This document shows, one piece after another, positions 1-9,229 of a DNA stretch of 64,000 nt (the first letter of the stretch is position 1; each line of letters begins with the position of its first letter). The DNA is taken from NCBI GenBank assembly GCA_002498725.1, contig DAIJ01000016.1, forward strand, positions 6,349 to 70,348, read 5' to 3'. Origin of the DNA: Euryarchaeota archaeon UBA23. Lineage in GTDB: Archaea > Thermoplasmatota > Poseidoniia > Poseidoniales > Thalassarchaeaceae. The notes under the pieces are model-generated. The model worked only from the letters and a program-made list of their open reading frames with translations, had not been told where the DNA came from and did not search any database. The position numbers and the translations under genes are program-made.

Positions 1-3000
1 TTCCATTTGAGGCTTGCCCTAATATGTCAATAGTTGAAGTAGTAAATGAACAGTATAATCCAGATACTATTGATAGAGATAATTCAACAGGAAATATAAC
101 TCTTAATGGCACCCTTCAATTTGTAAATAACGCCTCTGAGATTGAGGGCATTGTCTTAGAACTTTATTTGGTCCCTCAGAATGAGACCTCAAATATTCCA
201 GGTAGTGCCGCCAATGCTGCTAACCTTATAGGATCTTCAATAACAAATTCCACAGGATTCTTTGAGATTATCGGAACTTCCTCTGAAATAATGCCACCGG
301 GTTATGGTTCTCTGGTTTTGTTAACAAAACAAAAAGGATATGTTGGAACTCAGAGTATTTCTTTCCCATGGACAATAAATGTAACAGATGATGTTAATCT
401 TACAATACCGGTCCCTATTCTTTCTGATGAGCCAATACTCGGAGCCGGAGTAAACACTACCGTAACTGGTTCAATGAATTGGGAAAATGATCCGCTTTCA
501 GATCCGTCTCAATTAGATAACCTACAAGTTCTATTGAATTATACAACTGTTATTGATGGTGATGTTAATTTAATATCTGAAATTGGAGCAGGGGGATATT
601 TCGAATTCATAGTTCCAATTTCTGAAGATGAACCTTTAGGATTGATAAATGCTACAATCGCCTTCTTAGGATGGCATCAGGATGATTTGAATAATGCAAC
701 TCCTTCTTCATACCATCTAAGGCCAAGTTCAGTAGAATTTAATTTCAATATTACACCCTCTCCTAATCTAACAGTTGTTCTTGAAGGTAGTGCTGAAAAT
801 AATAGTATTCTAGATATTAATCAACCAATATTTGTTAATGGAACAGCATTAAGTCAAGGGAGCTCACCTCTACCTCTTAATGGGACTCTTTATCTTGAAA
901 TGAGACGTTCAGGTACTAATGGGCCTTACCTCAATATTGCAACATGGAATCTTAATGACTCTAATTGGACAAGTCAGGCGGGTCAATTTGCAATTATTTT
1001 GGATTTCAATGAATCAATTGTTAACATACCTGCAGGTGAAATTGAAGTTAAATTCACCTATGTTGCTGATGGATTACTTGCTGCCGATGAAGAACTATTC
1101 ACTTCAGATTATGGTATAAGGTCGTATCTTAATTTCTCTTATTCATTGAATGCCGTACCAAGAGGAGGACTTGCAACAGTTGAGGTGCAATTGTCAGATC
1201 ATACTGGAACCTCTGTTACCGACTTCATAGGAGATTACTGGCTTGACTTTAATGGTATTAGAGAATGGAATACATCTAACCCAATAACAGGACAACTACA
1301 GGTTAATTGGTTGCCTATGGACAATATGACTGCAGGAAATTATGATTGGAATCTAACTTACAACGGTTCAACTTGGCTTCTTCCCAATGTAGTTAATGAC
1401 ACGGTGAGAATACAAGGAAGGGCGAATGTGACTGTATCAATAGGTCAAGATTGGACTCACATAGGTGGTTCTAATTGGATATCAGGATTTGCCCAAGACA
1501 TAGTTCTTTTAACACCCATAACAGGCAATAATTCCTCAATAGTGTTACAATTGGAAACTCCTTCAGATTTACCCCCACAGCCCGACGGCAGCCCTGCTCC
1601 CCCTGTTTTAACAAGACTTGCAGATGGTTGGATAAATACTACTACAGGTTCTTACAATATTTCTTTCAATATGCCAAGTAATATTGGTTCTGGCGTTTAT
1701 CAATTACGTCTTTCCTTGGACTTCTCAGTTGACCCACCTAGAGGTGGAGAATACTTTACAATTAGAGAGGCCACGACTCTTCCGACTGGAATAGAGAGTG
1801 ACTTTGTATTAGATTCATCAACTTCTAATTTGATTGTTGTTGCAGGTTCTATATTGTCATTGAATGCAACAGTCTCAGATATTGCCGATGATTCGTTAAT
1901 CCCTAATGCAACTGCAGTTCTCTACTTCGACTGGGGGGGTTCTAATCAAACGGCTCTTGATACTGCAATTTCAGATGCTGATGGAATAGTCAGATTCAAT
2001 CCAACTCTTCCAGCTAATACAACACCAGGTTTTTATGATCTCAGAATACATGCTCCCGATGATCTAACGGATGATTTAGATACTCCTAACGCAGGTCGAT
2101 GGATACAAAATGAAACCTTTTCAAATTTAACAGTTCAAGTTAACAGTTTAGTTGAGATAGATTCAATCCCCAATGAAGTTACAGCGGGTCAGTCATTCTC
2201 AATGACTGGACGAGTACTCGATGGCTTTGACTCTAACCGAACTGTAACAGGCCCAATGGCAGTCAAGGTGTTCTTCCTAGGTGATGACAGTGAAACACTT
2301 GTAGAGAGTTATACAACTGCAAACAATGGTTCGTTTACTGTTTCAGTACCTACTGATCCTTTTGGAGATGGGGTAACAAGTGGGACAAAAACCGTAGTTG
2401 TTAGTGTGGTAAATGGTTCGACACCATTCTACCTCACAGGTTCAGGAAATGCATCTTTATTGGTTAAAGGTGTGACAAGGTTTACTGATAGAACTCCACT
2501 AATTCAAACTATAGTTGATAGGGGTACAAACATTACATTTGGAGCAAGGTTGACTGAATTTAGTGATAATGATCGCAGATTAGGAAACCTCAGCGTTGCT
2601 GCAAAATTCCATGAAACTTGGTTGAATGAACAAACTAGTAGCGGCGATGGATTAGTAAATTTCACTTTCAGTGTCCCACATAATCATCCATTAGGCCAGA
2701 TTCCAGTAAGACTTTGGTTCAATGGTAGTTCAACTTTACATGAGACAACACTTCTTTTGACCACAATCATTGTACGTTCTCCAACAACTCTAACAATTGA
2801 TCCGATAAGCGAAAATCCCATTGCCGGCCAATCTCTTAACATCAGTGGTGAACTTCTTTCAAGTAATTTATCAGGTATCATGGATAGATCTGGAAACTCA
2901 TTGTCAACATTCTTGACTTTTGAAATAAATGGTGAAACCTCAGGTTTCCAAGTCACAGGAGGAGTGGTAGATCCAAATGGTTCTTGGTCAGGAGTTATCA

Positions 3001-5834
3001 CACTCAGTCTCTCTTTCCCAAGAGGGACTCATAACTTATCTGCATTCTACACACCTTCAGTAAATTATTATGGCTCAAGCGCTGGAGTCGGAGTTTTCGA
3101 TAGTAGAGGTTTTTCTCAAGTTATGATACTGGATCCTGCTGATTTAGATCCTGATAGAAGAGTTATTCGAGGCGATTCAATAAGTGTTAACTTATCATTA
3201 ATAGACAATGCTGGCCAATTAGTAGAAAATGCAAGTATAGGTATATTGGTTGATGACATACTCCAAGAAGTAATTCAGACTGACGATCAAGGTCGTTCTA
3301 ATGTTCAAATTCAGGTCCCATCTACTCGAATCCAAGGCCCTCTTACAATTACGGCTAATTTCACAGGTATATCTGGGAGTACTGGTTTGATCGGTGATAC
3401 AACTTGGACTAGAGTTATTGTATTGGCCCCCACAGTTCTTGAAATAACTCAGACTTCTGGTTCAATGATCGCTGGCGAATCCGTTACATTCGGTGGTACG
3501 CTACTAGATGAGCATGGAATGATATTAACTGATGATGGTAATCCCACCGGTGGCATTATTCATCTTGAAATAGATGGTATAGATGTAGGTGCTTCTTACA
3601 CTACTAGATCAGGTGATAATACTGGTATTTGGAACATTACTTATGATATACCCTTAGATTCTAATTATGGTCCACATTCAGCCACAGTATCTTTCCTTGG
3701 GGGTTTTACTTGGGTAGATCCTATGGGCCAAGGAGATTCACTAAACCCTGAGTATTACTTGCCCTCTGAATATACAGTGTCATTTAATGTAATACAGACA
3801 TCTCAAGTAGTCCTCACAACTCCTCCAGGTGAGATAGACCGTAATGAACTCCTTTTGATAGAGGGTCTTCTTACTGATGGAGCAGGCAGAGTAATTGGCG
3901 ACCGCAATCTTGAAGTGACTCTTAATGATCAATTCCTTACTGGTGTGCAAGTCGAATCAAATGGCAGCTTTAGTATATACATCCCTGTTCCTCCAGATAT
4001 GCCATTGGGTCCTAGAATTCTTGAAATTTCATTTGACGGGGAAGAATTCATTTTACCTTCAAATTCAACAACAGTATTTACTGTATTTGGTCCGACAGTA
4101 ATATATGTAAATCCACCAGAATCCGTTGCAGTGGGTGATCAATTAAGACTAACTGGAACCGTCAAAGATAATCTGCCTGATGGTTGGCTATCTAATCATT
4201 CTCTTGAGATCTTTATCGACGGAACTCTTGTAGGTCTAACAACTACAAATGAAGATGGCGAGTGGTTTTTCAATTGGGTTGTATCTGACTTCCTTGACGT
4301 GGGCTTCCATACAGTCACTATCTCTTCTCCTGGTCAAGGATATTATCGTCCTTCATCTATTGACACCAATTTGACAATTGCTTATCATACATCTATAGAA
4401 CTTGATTTAGAAGTCGATTCAGTTACACGTGGTGGTGTTTGGAACTTTACAGGAAGGCTTTTCGACTCAGATACCACTGGTTCTCCTGGTCTTAGTGGTC
4501 GTACTATTTCGGTAGTTCTTGATGGCGAAGAATTGACAACCATAGAAACAGGAAATGATGGAGAATTTGTTTTCCAACATGAATTAGGATATCAGATTTC
4601 TAGAGGTGCACATGATATCCATTTCATCTTTGATGGAGAAACTTTCTATCTTCCATTTGACAATAATATGACCGTATATGTAAAGGCAGACATTGAAATA
4701 GAGATTCTGTGGAGAAATGAAGTAGTAATAAGAAGTGATGACTCTGCATCAATAAAGTTAGTAGGAAGGGTAATTGAGATTGGTGGAGAAGAAAACCTGA
4801 TTGATGGCCTCGATATTGTACTTTTATGGAATGGGGCTATGGAGCCAGCTTCTATCAAGTGGGATTCTGCCACTGGTCATTTTGAAATTGATTCTCCTGC
4901 TAGATCTACAATGCCTGCTGGTGAAATTACTCTTATCATTCAAGTTCTTCCAGATGCTGAAAGGTTCATCAATGGAGGGTCTATTTCCCATATTGTTAAC
5001 ATTCGAGTTCCGGTCCAATTTGAATTTAATCCAGATGGGCACACTATAAGAGAGAATACACGTCTAATATCTGGCAATATTACAGTCAGATCGACAGATA
5101 CAGGAATGCCAGTGGAGGGTATTTCTCTTGTTACTCAATTGGTTAATGGGACTTCAATAAGGTTCCAATCAGTAAAATTAACAGATTCATCTGGAGCAAT
5201 GGATTACGAATTCTTAGTTCAAGAACCAATACCTACATTCTATGACAAAGATTACTGGGGAGAATTAGGATTGATATTCAGCACAGATTCTCAATTAATT
5301 GACCCTAATGATAGGTTCTGGTTATCAAATGAGCATAATGGATTGAATATGACTTATACAGATCCAGAATCTCGATTTAACACAATGCAGATTATTGCTA
5401 TTACTGGTATTTTACTAATTTTGTTGGCAGTTGTAGGAATGGGTATTTCTCTTCAACGCAGAAGGAAGGCGGCATTAGATGAGATTCAGAGTGTATTCAG
5501 TTATACCGCTGAATTATTAGCAGCAGGTGACGAAGTCCGTGAGGCCATTTTCAATTGCTATGAAAGTCTCTGCCAGATATTGATGAGAAATGGTTTCCTT
5601 AGGAGAGATTTTGAAACAGTACGTGAATTTGAAATGGCAATACGTAAGGCATTACAAATTAGTGAGCAGGCATTAATTGCTTTAGATCGTATCTTTGAAG
5701 AAGCAAGATATTCTTCACATAGATTGGGTGAGGGGCACAGAGAAAACGCACAATTAGCGTTACAAACAGTCCTACAAGAAATAGATCAATTACAAGAAGT
5801 TCCTGAAAGAGAAGAAATTGATTCACAGAATTAA
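1..5834 (+). CDS. Giant membrane-anchored surface protein (5'-truncated): probable end of a transglutaminase-like domain, many Ig-like repeats, C-terminal TM helix and DUF4129-like cytoplasmic domain
   Basis: The frame is open from the window edge (xPFEACPNM, like the W-x-P-F-[DE]-x-x-P end of transglutaminase-like domains). Repeated G-x-L-x-D...D-x-x-G-x-F/W beta-sandwich units. TM IIAITGILLILLAVVGMGI followed by RRRK. Tail AIFNCYESLC...ETVREF...FEEARYS fits DUF4129. Confidence 0.8.
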   Translation, partial: PFEACPNMSIVEVVNEQYNPDTIDRDNSTGNITLNGTLQFVNNASEIEGIVLELYLVPQNETSNIPGSAANAANLIGSSITNSTGFFEIIGTSSEIMPPGYGSLVLLTKQKGYVGTQSISFPWTINVTDDVNLTIPVPILSDEPILGAGVNTTVTGSMNWENDPLSDPSQLDNLQVLLNYTTVIDGDVNLISEIGAGGYFEFIVPISEDEPLGLINATIAFLGWHQDDLNNATPSSYHLRPSSVEFNFNITPSPNLTVVLEGSAENNSILDINQPIFVNGTALSQGSSPLPLNGTLYLEMRRSGTNGPYLNIATWNLNDSNWTSQAGQFAIILDFNESIVNIPAGEIEVKFTYVADGLLAADEELFTSDYGIRSYLNFSYSLNAVPRGGLATVEVQLSDHTGTSVTDFIGDYWLDFNGIREWNTSNPITGQLQVNWLPMDNMTAGNYDWNLTYNGSTWLLPNVVNDTVRIQGRANVTVSIGQDWTHIGGSNWISGFAQDIVLLTPITGNNSSIVLQLETPSDLPPQPDGSPAPPVLTRLADGWINTTTGSYNISFNMPSNIGSGVYQLRLSLDFSVDPPRGGEYFTIREATTLPTGIESDFVLDSSTSNLIVVAGSILSLNATVSDIADDSLIPNATAVLYFDWGGSNQTALDTAISDADGIVRFNPTLPANTTPGFYDLRIHAPDDLTDDLDTPNAGRWIQNETFSNLTVQVNSLVEIDSIPNEVTAGQSFSMTGRVLDGFDSNRTVTGPMAVKVFFLGDDSETLVESYTTANNGSFTVSVPTDPFGDGVTSGTKTVVVSVVNGSTPFYLTGSGNASLLVKGVTRFTDRTPLIQTIVDRGTNITFGARLTEFSDNDRRLGNLSVAAKFHETWLNEQTSSGDGLVNFTFSVPHNHPLGQIPVRLWFNGSSTLHETTLLLTTIIVRSPTTLTIDPISENPIAGQSLNISGELLSSNLSGIMDRSGNSLSTFLTFEINGETSGFQVTGGVVDPNGSWSGVITLSLSFPRGTHNLSAFYTPSVNYYGSSAGVGVFDSRGFSQVMILDPADLDPDRRVIRGDSISVNLSLIDNAGQLVENASIGILVDDILQEVIQTDDQGRSNVQIQVPSTRIQGPLTITANFTGISGSTGLIGDTTWTRVIVLAPTVLEITQTSGSMIAGESVTFGGTLLDEHGMILTDDGNPTGGIIHLEIDGIDVGASYTTRSGDNTGIWNITYDIPLDSNYGPHSATVSFLGGFTWVDPMGQGDSLNPEYYLPSEYTVSFNVIQTSQVVLTTPPGEIDRNELLLIEGLLTDGAGRVIGDRNLEVTLNDQFLTGVQVESNGSFSIYIPVPPDMPLGPRILEISFDGEEFILPSNSTTVFTVFGPTVIYVNPPESVAVGDQLRLTGTVKDNLPDGWLSNHSLEIFIDGTLVGLTTTNEDGEWFFNWVVSDFLDVGFHTVTISSPGQGYYRPSSIDTNLTIAYHTSIELDLEVDSVTRGGVWNFTGRLFDSDTTGSPGLSGRTISVVLDGEELTTIETGNDGEFVFQHELGYQISRGAHDIHFIFDGETFYLPFDNNMTVYVKADIEIEILWRNEVVIRSDDSASIKLVGRVIEIGGEENLIDGLDIVLLWNGAMEPASIKWDSATGHFEIDSPARSTMPAGEITLIIQVLPDAERFINGGSISHIVNIRVPVQFEFNPDGHTIRENTRLISGNITVRSTDTGMPVEGISLVTQLVNGTSIRFQSVKLTDSSGAMDYEFLVQEPIPTFYDKDYWGELGLIFSTDSQLIDPNDRFWLSNEHNGLNMTYTDPESRFNTMQIIAITGILLILLAVVGMGISLQRRRKAALDEIQSVFSYTAELLAAGDEVREAIFNCYESLCQILMRNGFLRRDFETVREFEMAIRKALQISEQALIALDRIFEEARYSSHRLGEGHRENAQLALQTVLQEIDQLQEVPEREEIDSQN

Positions 5835-6301
5835 TTAAAAGAAAGTTTTAGAAATCCTTCTTGCAATACAGCGGAATCTAAATCAAATCCTGCTGGTAAT
5901 TTGTAAGTTCTAATCATCCCCCCAAATCTTTCTGGTTGGATTATTCTTACTAATGATCCATTCTCTCTTACCATTTTAGAAACTGATAGAGATTTAATGC
6001 CTAAATCTTCTATTTCAATAGTAATTCCATTTCCTATTAATAATTCATCAATTTCTTCTATGAGATTCATAGATTCTTCAAGATTTCGAATCTCAGTTTT
6101 TGAATCATTGATAACTCTGCTAGCGGATTTAGAAATTATCTGATGATTTATTGATACTTCCTCAAGATGTTGAATATCGGAAAGAAATTGAAAATGCATT
6201 TGTTCAGCCGTTGTATCCAAACCATAGTTTATCGTATCAATATTTGACTTCTCATTCAATGAGTCAATAACTTGAATGTCCACTATTTCCCATGCATCCA
6301 T
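5831..6301 (-). CDS. Hypothetical protein with a possible degenerate Hsp20/alpha-crystallin-like C-terminus
   Basis: 156-aa ORF convergent with the previous gene. C-terminal FGGMIRTYKLPAGFDLDSAVLQEGFLKLSF resembles the F-x-R-x-x-x-LP...A-x-L-x-x-G-x-L-x-I sHSP motif. Confidence 0.5.
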   Translation of the reverse strand: MDAWEIVDIQVIDSLNEKSNIDTINYGLDTTAEQMHFQFLSDIQHLEEVSINHQIISKSASRVINDSKTEIRNLEESMNLIEEIDELLIGNGITIEIEDLGIKSLSVSKMVRENGSLVRIIQPERFGGMIRTYKLPAGFDLDSAVLQEGFLKLSFN

Positions 6302-6339
6302 TGATCTCTCGAAACCATCCTCTCAGATGAACCCTCGCT

Positions 6340-8358
6340 CTATTCATTTCCTATAGCGGGTTCAGGAAATCTTTGGAAAAATCTCTTAGTATGTCTTGAA
6401 GTTCTTTCTTCGTCAGGTGTCTTAATGCTCTGAATAGAATTGGGCAAACAGAATTTGTATGGTCTATTCATCAAACGCTTCTCAAGAATTACAACTAATG
6501 CTCTATCTTGACCTTTACGAATTGGCCGCCCTATTGCTTGTAGTATGCTATTGACAGCAGGTTGGTGGCTCGAATAGCGCCCCGCTTTATCTCTACCAAA
6601 TCGATCTTCACAGTAATCTCTCAATGCGTCTTGTCGAGCACTAGGAGGCGGCACTGGTAATCCAACACACACAACTGCATCTAGTATATTGTCCGGATAA
6701 TCTACTCCCTCTGCTAGCTTACCAGAAAGAACTCCACAAAGAAGTACTTTCTCTTTCAGTCGGCGTCTTTGGTATAGTCGTTGAATCATTTCACCTACTT
6801 GTCTCTTCGACATTCGTGGTAATTCTTTTTCTATACGGACTCCCCATGGTAAAAAATCGCCCTCGAGAATTTCATCTAACATTGAATAACTCTGTGTAAA
6901 TAGTGCAACATGGCCAGGAGTATTACGAACTAATTCATACACATGATTTCTAATGGCTAGAGTGTTTTTTTCACCCCTCTCTGTATATCTTGATGTGGTA
7001 TTTTGTGCAATAAGAACTGGTCTTCTTTCAGATAGGAAAGGAGATGAGTACTCGCGAATTGTAATCTTCCTTTCATTAGGTATTCTAAGCAAATCTGCAT
7101 ACATGTCTGGCGGAAAAAGAGTGCCGGACATCAATATAGCACCACGACATGATGAGAATAGTTCGCCTGATATTACACCAGGGTCTAGTAGAAAACACCT
7201 TACTCTTGGCTCATCCATTATTTTATCGAAAACTAGAACTAATGCAGTGGAATCGCGATACTGGCAGCAGGTTGTGATAAGAAATGCTAGTTTCTCACAA
7301 CTAGTTTCTTTCTCATTTTCATCATCATCATCACTTGCTTCGACTCTTATTTTAATTAGTTGACTAACTAATTTTTCTAATTGAAAATATTCCTTATTGG
7401 GAATATTATCTATTGTTTCATTCAGTATAGAATCTATTTCATCAAGAATGCTCCGGGTACTTATTCTCATATCATCGCTATCAATGATAGCAAGTTCCTT
7501 TTCTCGAGCGGAGAACCACTTTGGCATCTCATTTTCTAAATGTTTTAGGGATCTTTTACACCACTCTATTCCGCTCAAGTCCAACTCATTTCCAGTTTTT
7601 TTTATTTGTTCCAATTCTCTTTCTAAATGTTCTTCAACTTCGTATCTTGAATCACGAAATATTCTAGATATAGCCCTTCTTTCAAGTCCATTTCTAACCC
7701 TATCTGGTAAATTATGTGCCTCATCAACAATTAGTATTGTACTATCTAATTCAACACCCATAGTCGGTAAACTAGCCTCCCTAACACTTTCAATGAATAC
7801 ATGGTTGTAATCACAAATCAGAATATCACAAGATTTGGCAGCCTCTCTCGAATTCGACCAAGCACATATTTGCGAACTACGGGCGACCTTTATCACATCA
7901 TCAACATGCATAGGGTTTCTGAACATTTTTTCTCGTAGAGCCGACCTCATTTGGTCACGCATATCTCTATCTAATCCTTCCTCGCAATCACATTTCCCAC
8001 TCAATCGATCTACATTTTTGCACATACTTTCTCTACCAATAAGATCCACAACTAAGAGGGGTGATTCGTTTTCTGCGATACGTTGATTTATTTTTCTTAC
8101 AGTTTCAATTACAATTTTATGTTGTGATTGCCGTCCTGTAAGAAAGAGAATTTTCAGTTTTGAAGAACTAGCCCTCTGTGCATTTATGGCTGCAGCTAGA
8201 GATGCAGCAGTTTTACCAATACCTGTAGGTGCTGATGCTAGAAGAAAACCGTCTTCAAGTAAAGTCTCAATGGCATCTTCAACCATCTCTTTTTGCGATG
8301 GTCTTACTTCATTGTGGGCGAAATAACGAATCGTTGAATCAGCACCCAAGACACTCAC
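6340..8358 (-). CDS. xpd: ATP-dependent Fe-S DNA helicase, XPD/Rad3/DinG family
   Basis: Q motif RPSQ, Walker A APTGIGKT, Cys-rich Fe-S region (GRESMC..CDC..C), DEAHN motif II, SGTL, EGVDY, QAIGRPIR motif VI. Confidence 0.9.
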   Translation of the reverse strand: MSVLGADSTIRYFAHNEVRPSQKEMVEDAIETLLEDGFLLASAPTGIGKTAASLAAAINAQRASSSKLKILFLTGRQSQHKIVIETVRKINQRIAENESPLLVVDLIGRESMCKNVDRLSGKCDCEEGLDRDMRDQMRSALREKMFRNPMHVDDVIKVARSSQICAWSNSREAAKSCDILICDYNHVFIESVREASLPTMGVELDSTILIVDEAHNLPDRVRNGLERRAISRIFRDSRYEVEEHLERELEQIKKTGNELDLSGIEWCKRSLKHLENEMPKWFSAREKELAIIDSDDMRISTRSILDEIDSILNETIDNIPNKEYFQLEKLVSQLIKIRVEASDDDDENEKETSCEKLAFLITTCCQYRDSTALVLVFDKIMDEPRVRCFLLDPGVISGELFSSCRGAILMSGTLFPPDMYADLLRIPNERKITIREYSSPFLSERRPVLIAQNTTSRYTERGEKNTLAIRNHVYELVRNTPGHVALFTQSYSMLDEILEGDFLPWGVRIEKELPRMSKRQVGEMIQRLYQRRRLKEKVLLCGVLSGKLAEGVDYPDNILDAVVCVGLPVPPPSARQDALRDYCEDRFGRDKAGRYSSHQPAVNSILQAIGRPIRKGQDRALVVILEKRLMNRPYKFCLPNSIQSIKTPDEERTSRHTKRFFQRFPEPAIGNE

Positions 8359-8415
8359 AGATTCTGTTCTGTTACTCGGCCGCCCAAGAAGATTCTGCTT
8401 GTAACCTCGTGCTTC

Positions 8416-8446
8416 AAAAGGTTGTCCCGCCCGAAATGGGCGAGAC
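8416..8446 (-). terminator. GC-rich hairpin followed by a short U-tract (putative terminator or RNA-stabilising stem)
   Basis: Minus strand GTCTCGCCC-ATTTC-GGGCGGGAC is a 9-bp stem with one G:U pair that pairs fully only on the minus strand. AACCTTTT follows. It lies 17 nt after the stop of the 74-aa ORF. Confidence 0.55.
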
Positions 8447-8463
8447 GGTGTGTGTGTTGAATC

Positions 8464-8688
8464 TTATTTTTTCGAACTCTTCATATTATGGTGCCTATCT
8501 CTAGAAGAGAGAACTTTTCTCTGATTTCTAGGTGCTTCTCTAGGGCTATATCCTACCGCATTAGAAATATTAGCTCTATCTCTTAGGCCTCTGAATCCAA
8601 TAGTTAACCTTGAATGTGGTGGGGAATCGGCGGAGGGGCGATTTATTGGCCCCCCCGCGTCTTCCGAGTGCATCCCATTCTCACCCAA
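8464..8688 (-). CDS. Small basic hypothetical protein (74 aa)
   Basis: TTG start preceded by a GAGGTG Shine-Dalgarno overlapping the stop of the RHH gene. Followed by the hairpin. No family recognised. Confidence 0.45.
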   Translation of the reverse strand: MGENGMHSEDAGGPINRPSADSPPHSRLTIGFRGLRDRANISNAVGYSPREAPRNQRKVLSSRDRHHNMKSSKK

Positions 8689-8699
8689 AGCCTCTCACC

Positions 8700-9065
8700 T
8701 CATTCTTCTACTGAGCCATTGGCTCTTTTACGCAATTCTTCCAATCGCATTTTCAAGGCGGAATCAATTGTTGCATCGTCAGCCGTATGCCTTGCGATAT
8801 GTTCACGCGCAGCGTATCTTAGGACTACATCCATTTTTTCCCCATGGATTAAGCAAAAATCTCCAAGGCGGGCAGAAAGATCTGGTCCAAGATCGACCTC
8901 GACACGAGTTCCTGGAGGATGATATGGTGAAGACAAATACTGCCTAACAGCCTCTCGTATCACATCAGACCTGTTTCTCATTCCATCAAACCCAACCCTG
9001 CGCTCAAGTTCGAGGAGATGATCTTCAGGAATTCTAAGTGATACCATTGGACTTTGACCCGCCAC
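8700..9065 (-). CDS. Ribbon-helix-helix (CopG/Arc/MetJ) transcription regulator, CdrS-like N-terminus plus a possible second RHH-like half
   Basis: MVSLRIPEDHLLELERRV...NRSDVIREAVRQYL is a canonical RHH. CAGGAGG SD upstream of the GTG start. Confidence 0.85.
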   Translation of the reverse strand: MAGQSPMVSLRIPEDHLLELERRVGFDGMRNRSDVIREAVRQYLSSPYHPPGTRVEVDLGPDLSARLGDFCLIHGEKMDVVLRYAAREHIARHTADDATIDSALKMRLEELRKRANGSVEE

Positions 9066-9109
9066 AACTGCTTCCTCCTGAGTCTGCGAGAGGGCCTAGG
9101 GCTCTTAAG

Positions 9110-9159
9110 TGTAATGCAATTGAATTACAAATGAAATACAATATTGCTAATTTTTCATT
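9110..9159. promoter_or_regulatory. Palindromic operator candidates in the divergent RHH / HD-protein promoter region
   Basis: TGTAATgCAATTGaATTACA (9110-9129) is a 20-bp palindrome with one mismatched pair. A second inverted repeat AATGAAA...TTTCATT spans 9130-9159. Confidence 0.5.
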
Positions 9160-9229
9160 GTATAAGTTTGCCTCCCGAGCAGTTTGATTGAAGGATGATG
9201 AGTAACTCGGAACTACAAGGAGGCATCAC

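Noticed and set aside
8364-8700. RNase P or SRP RNA (about 300-nt gap with complementary ends ACTCGG/CCGAGT)
   Set aside because: No GAGGAAAGUCC / ACAGAA..GGCU P4 elements and no SRP helix-8 motif on either strand. A 74-aa SD-led ORF plus hairpin explains the gap better.
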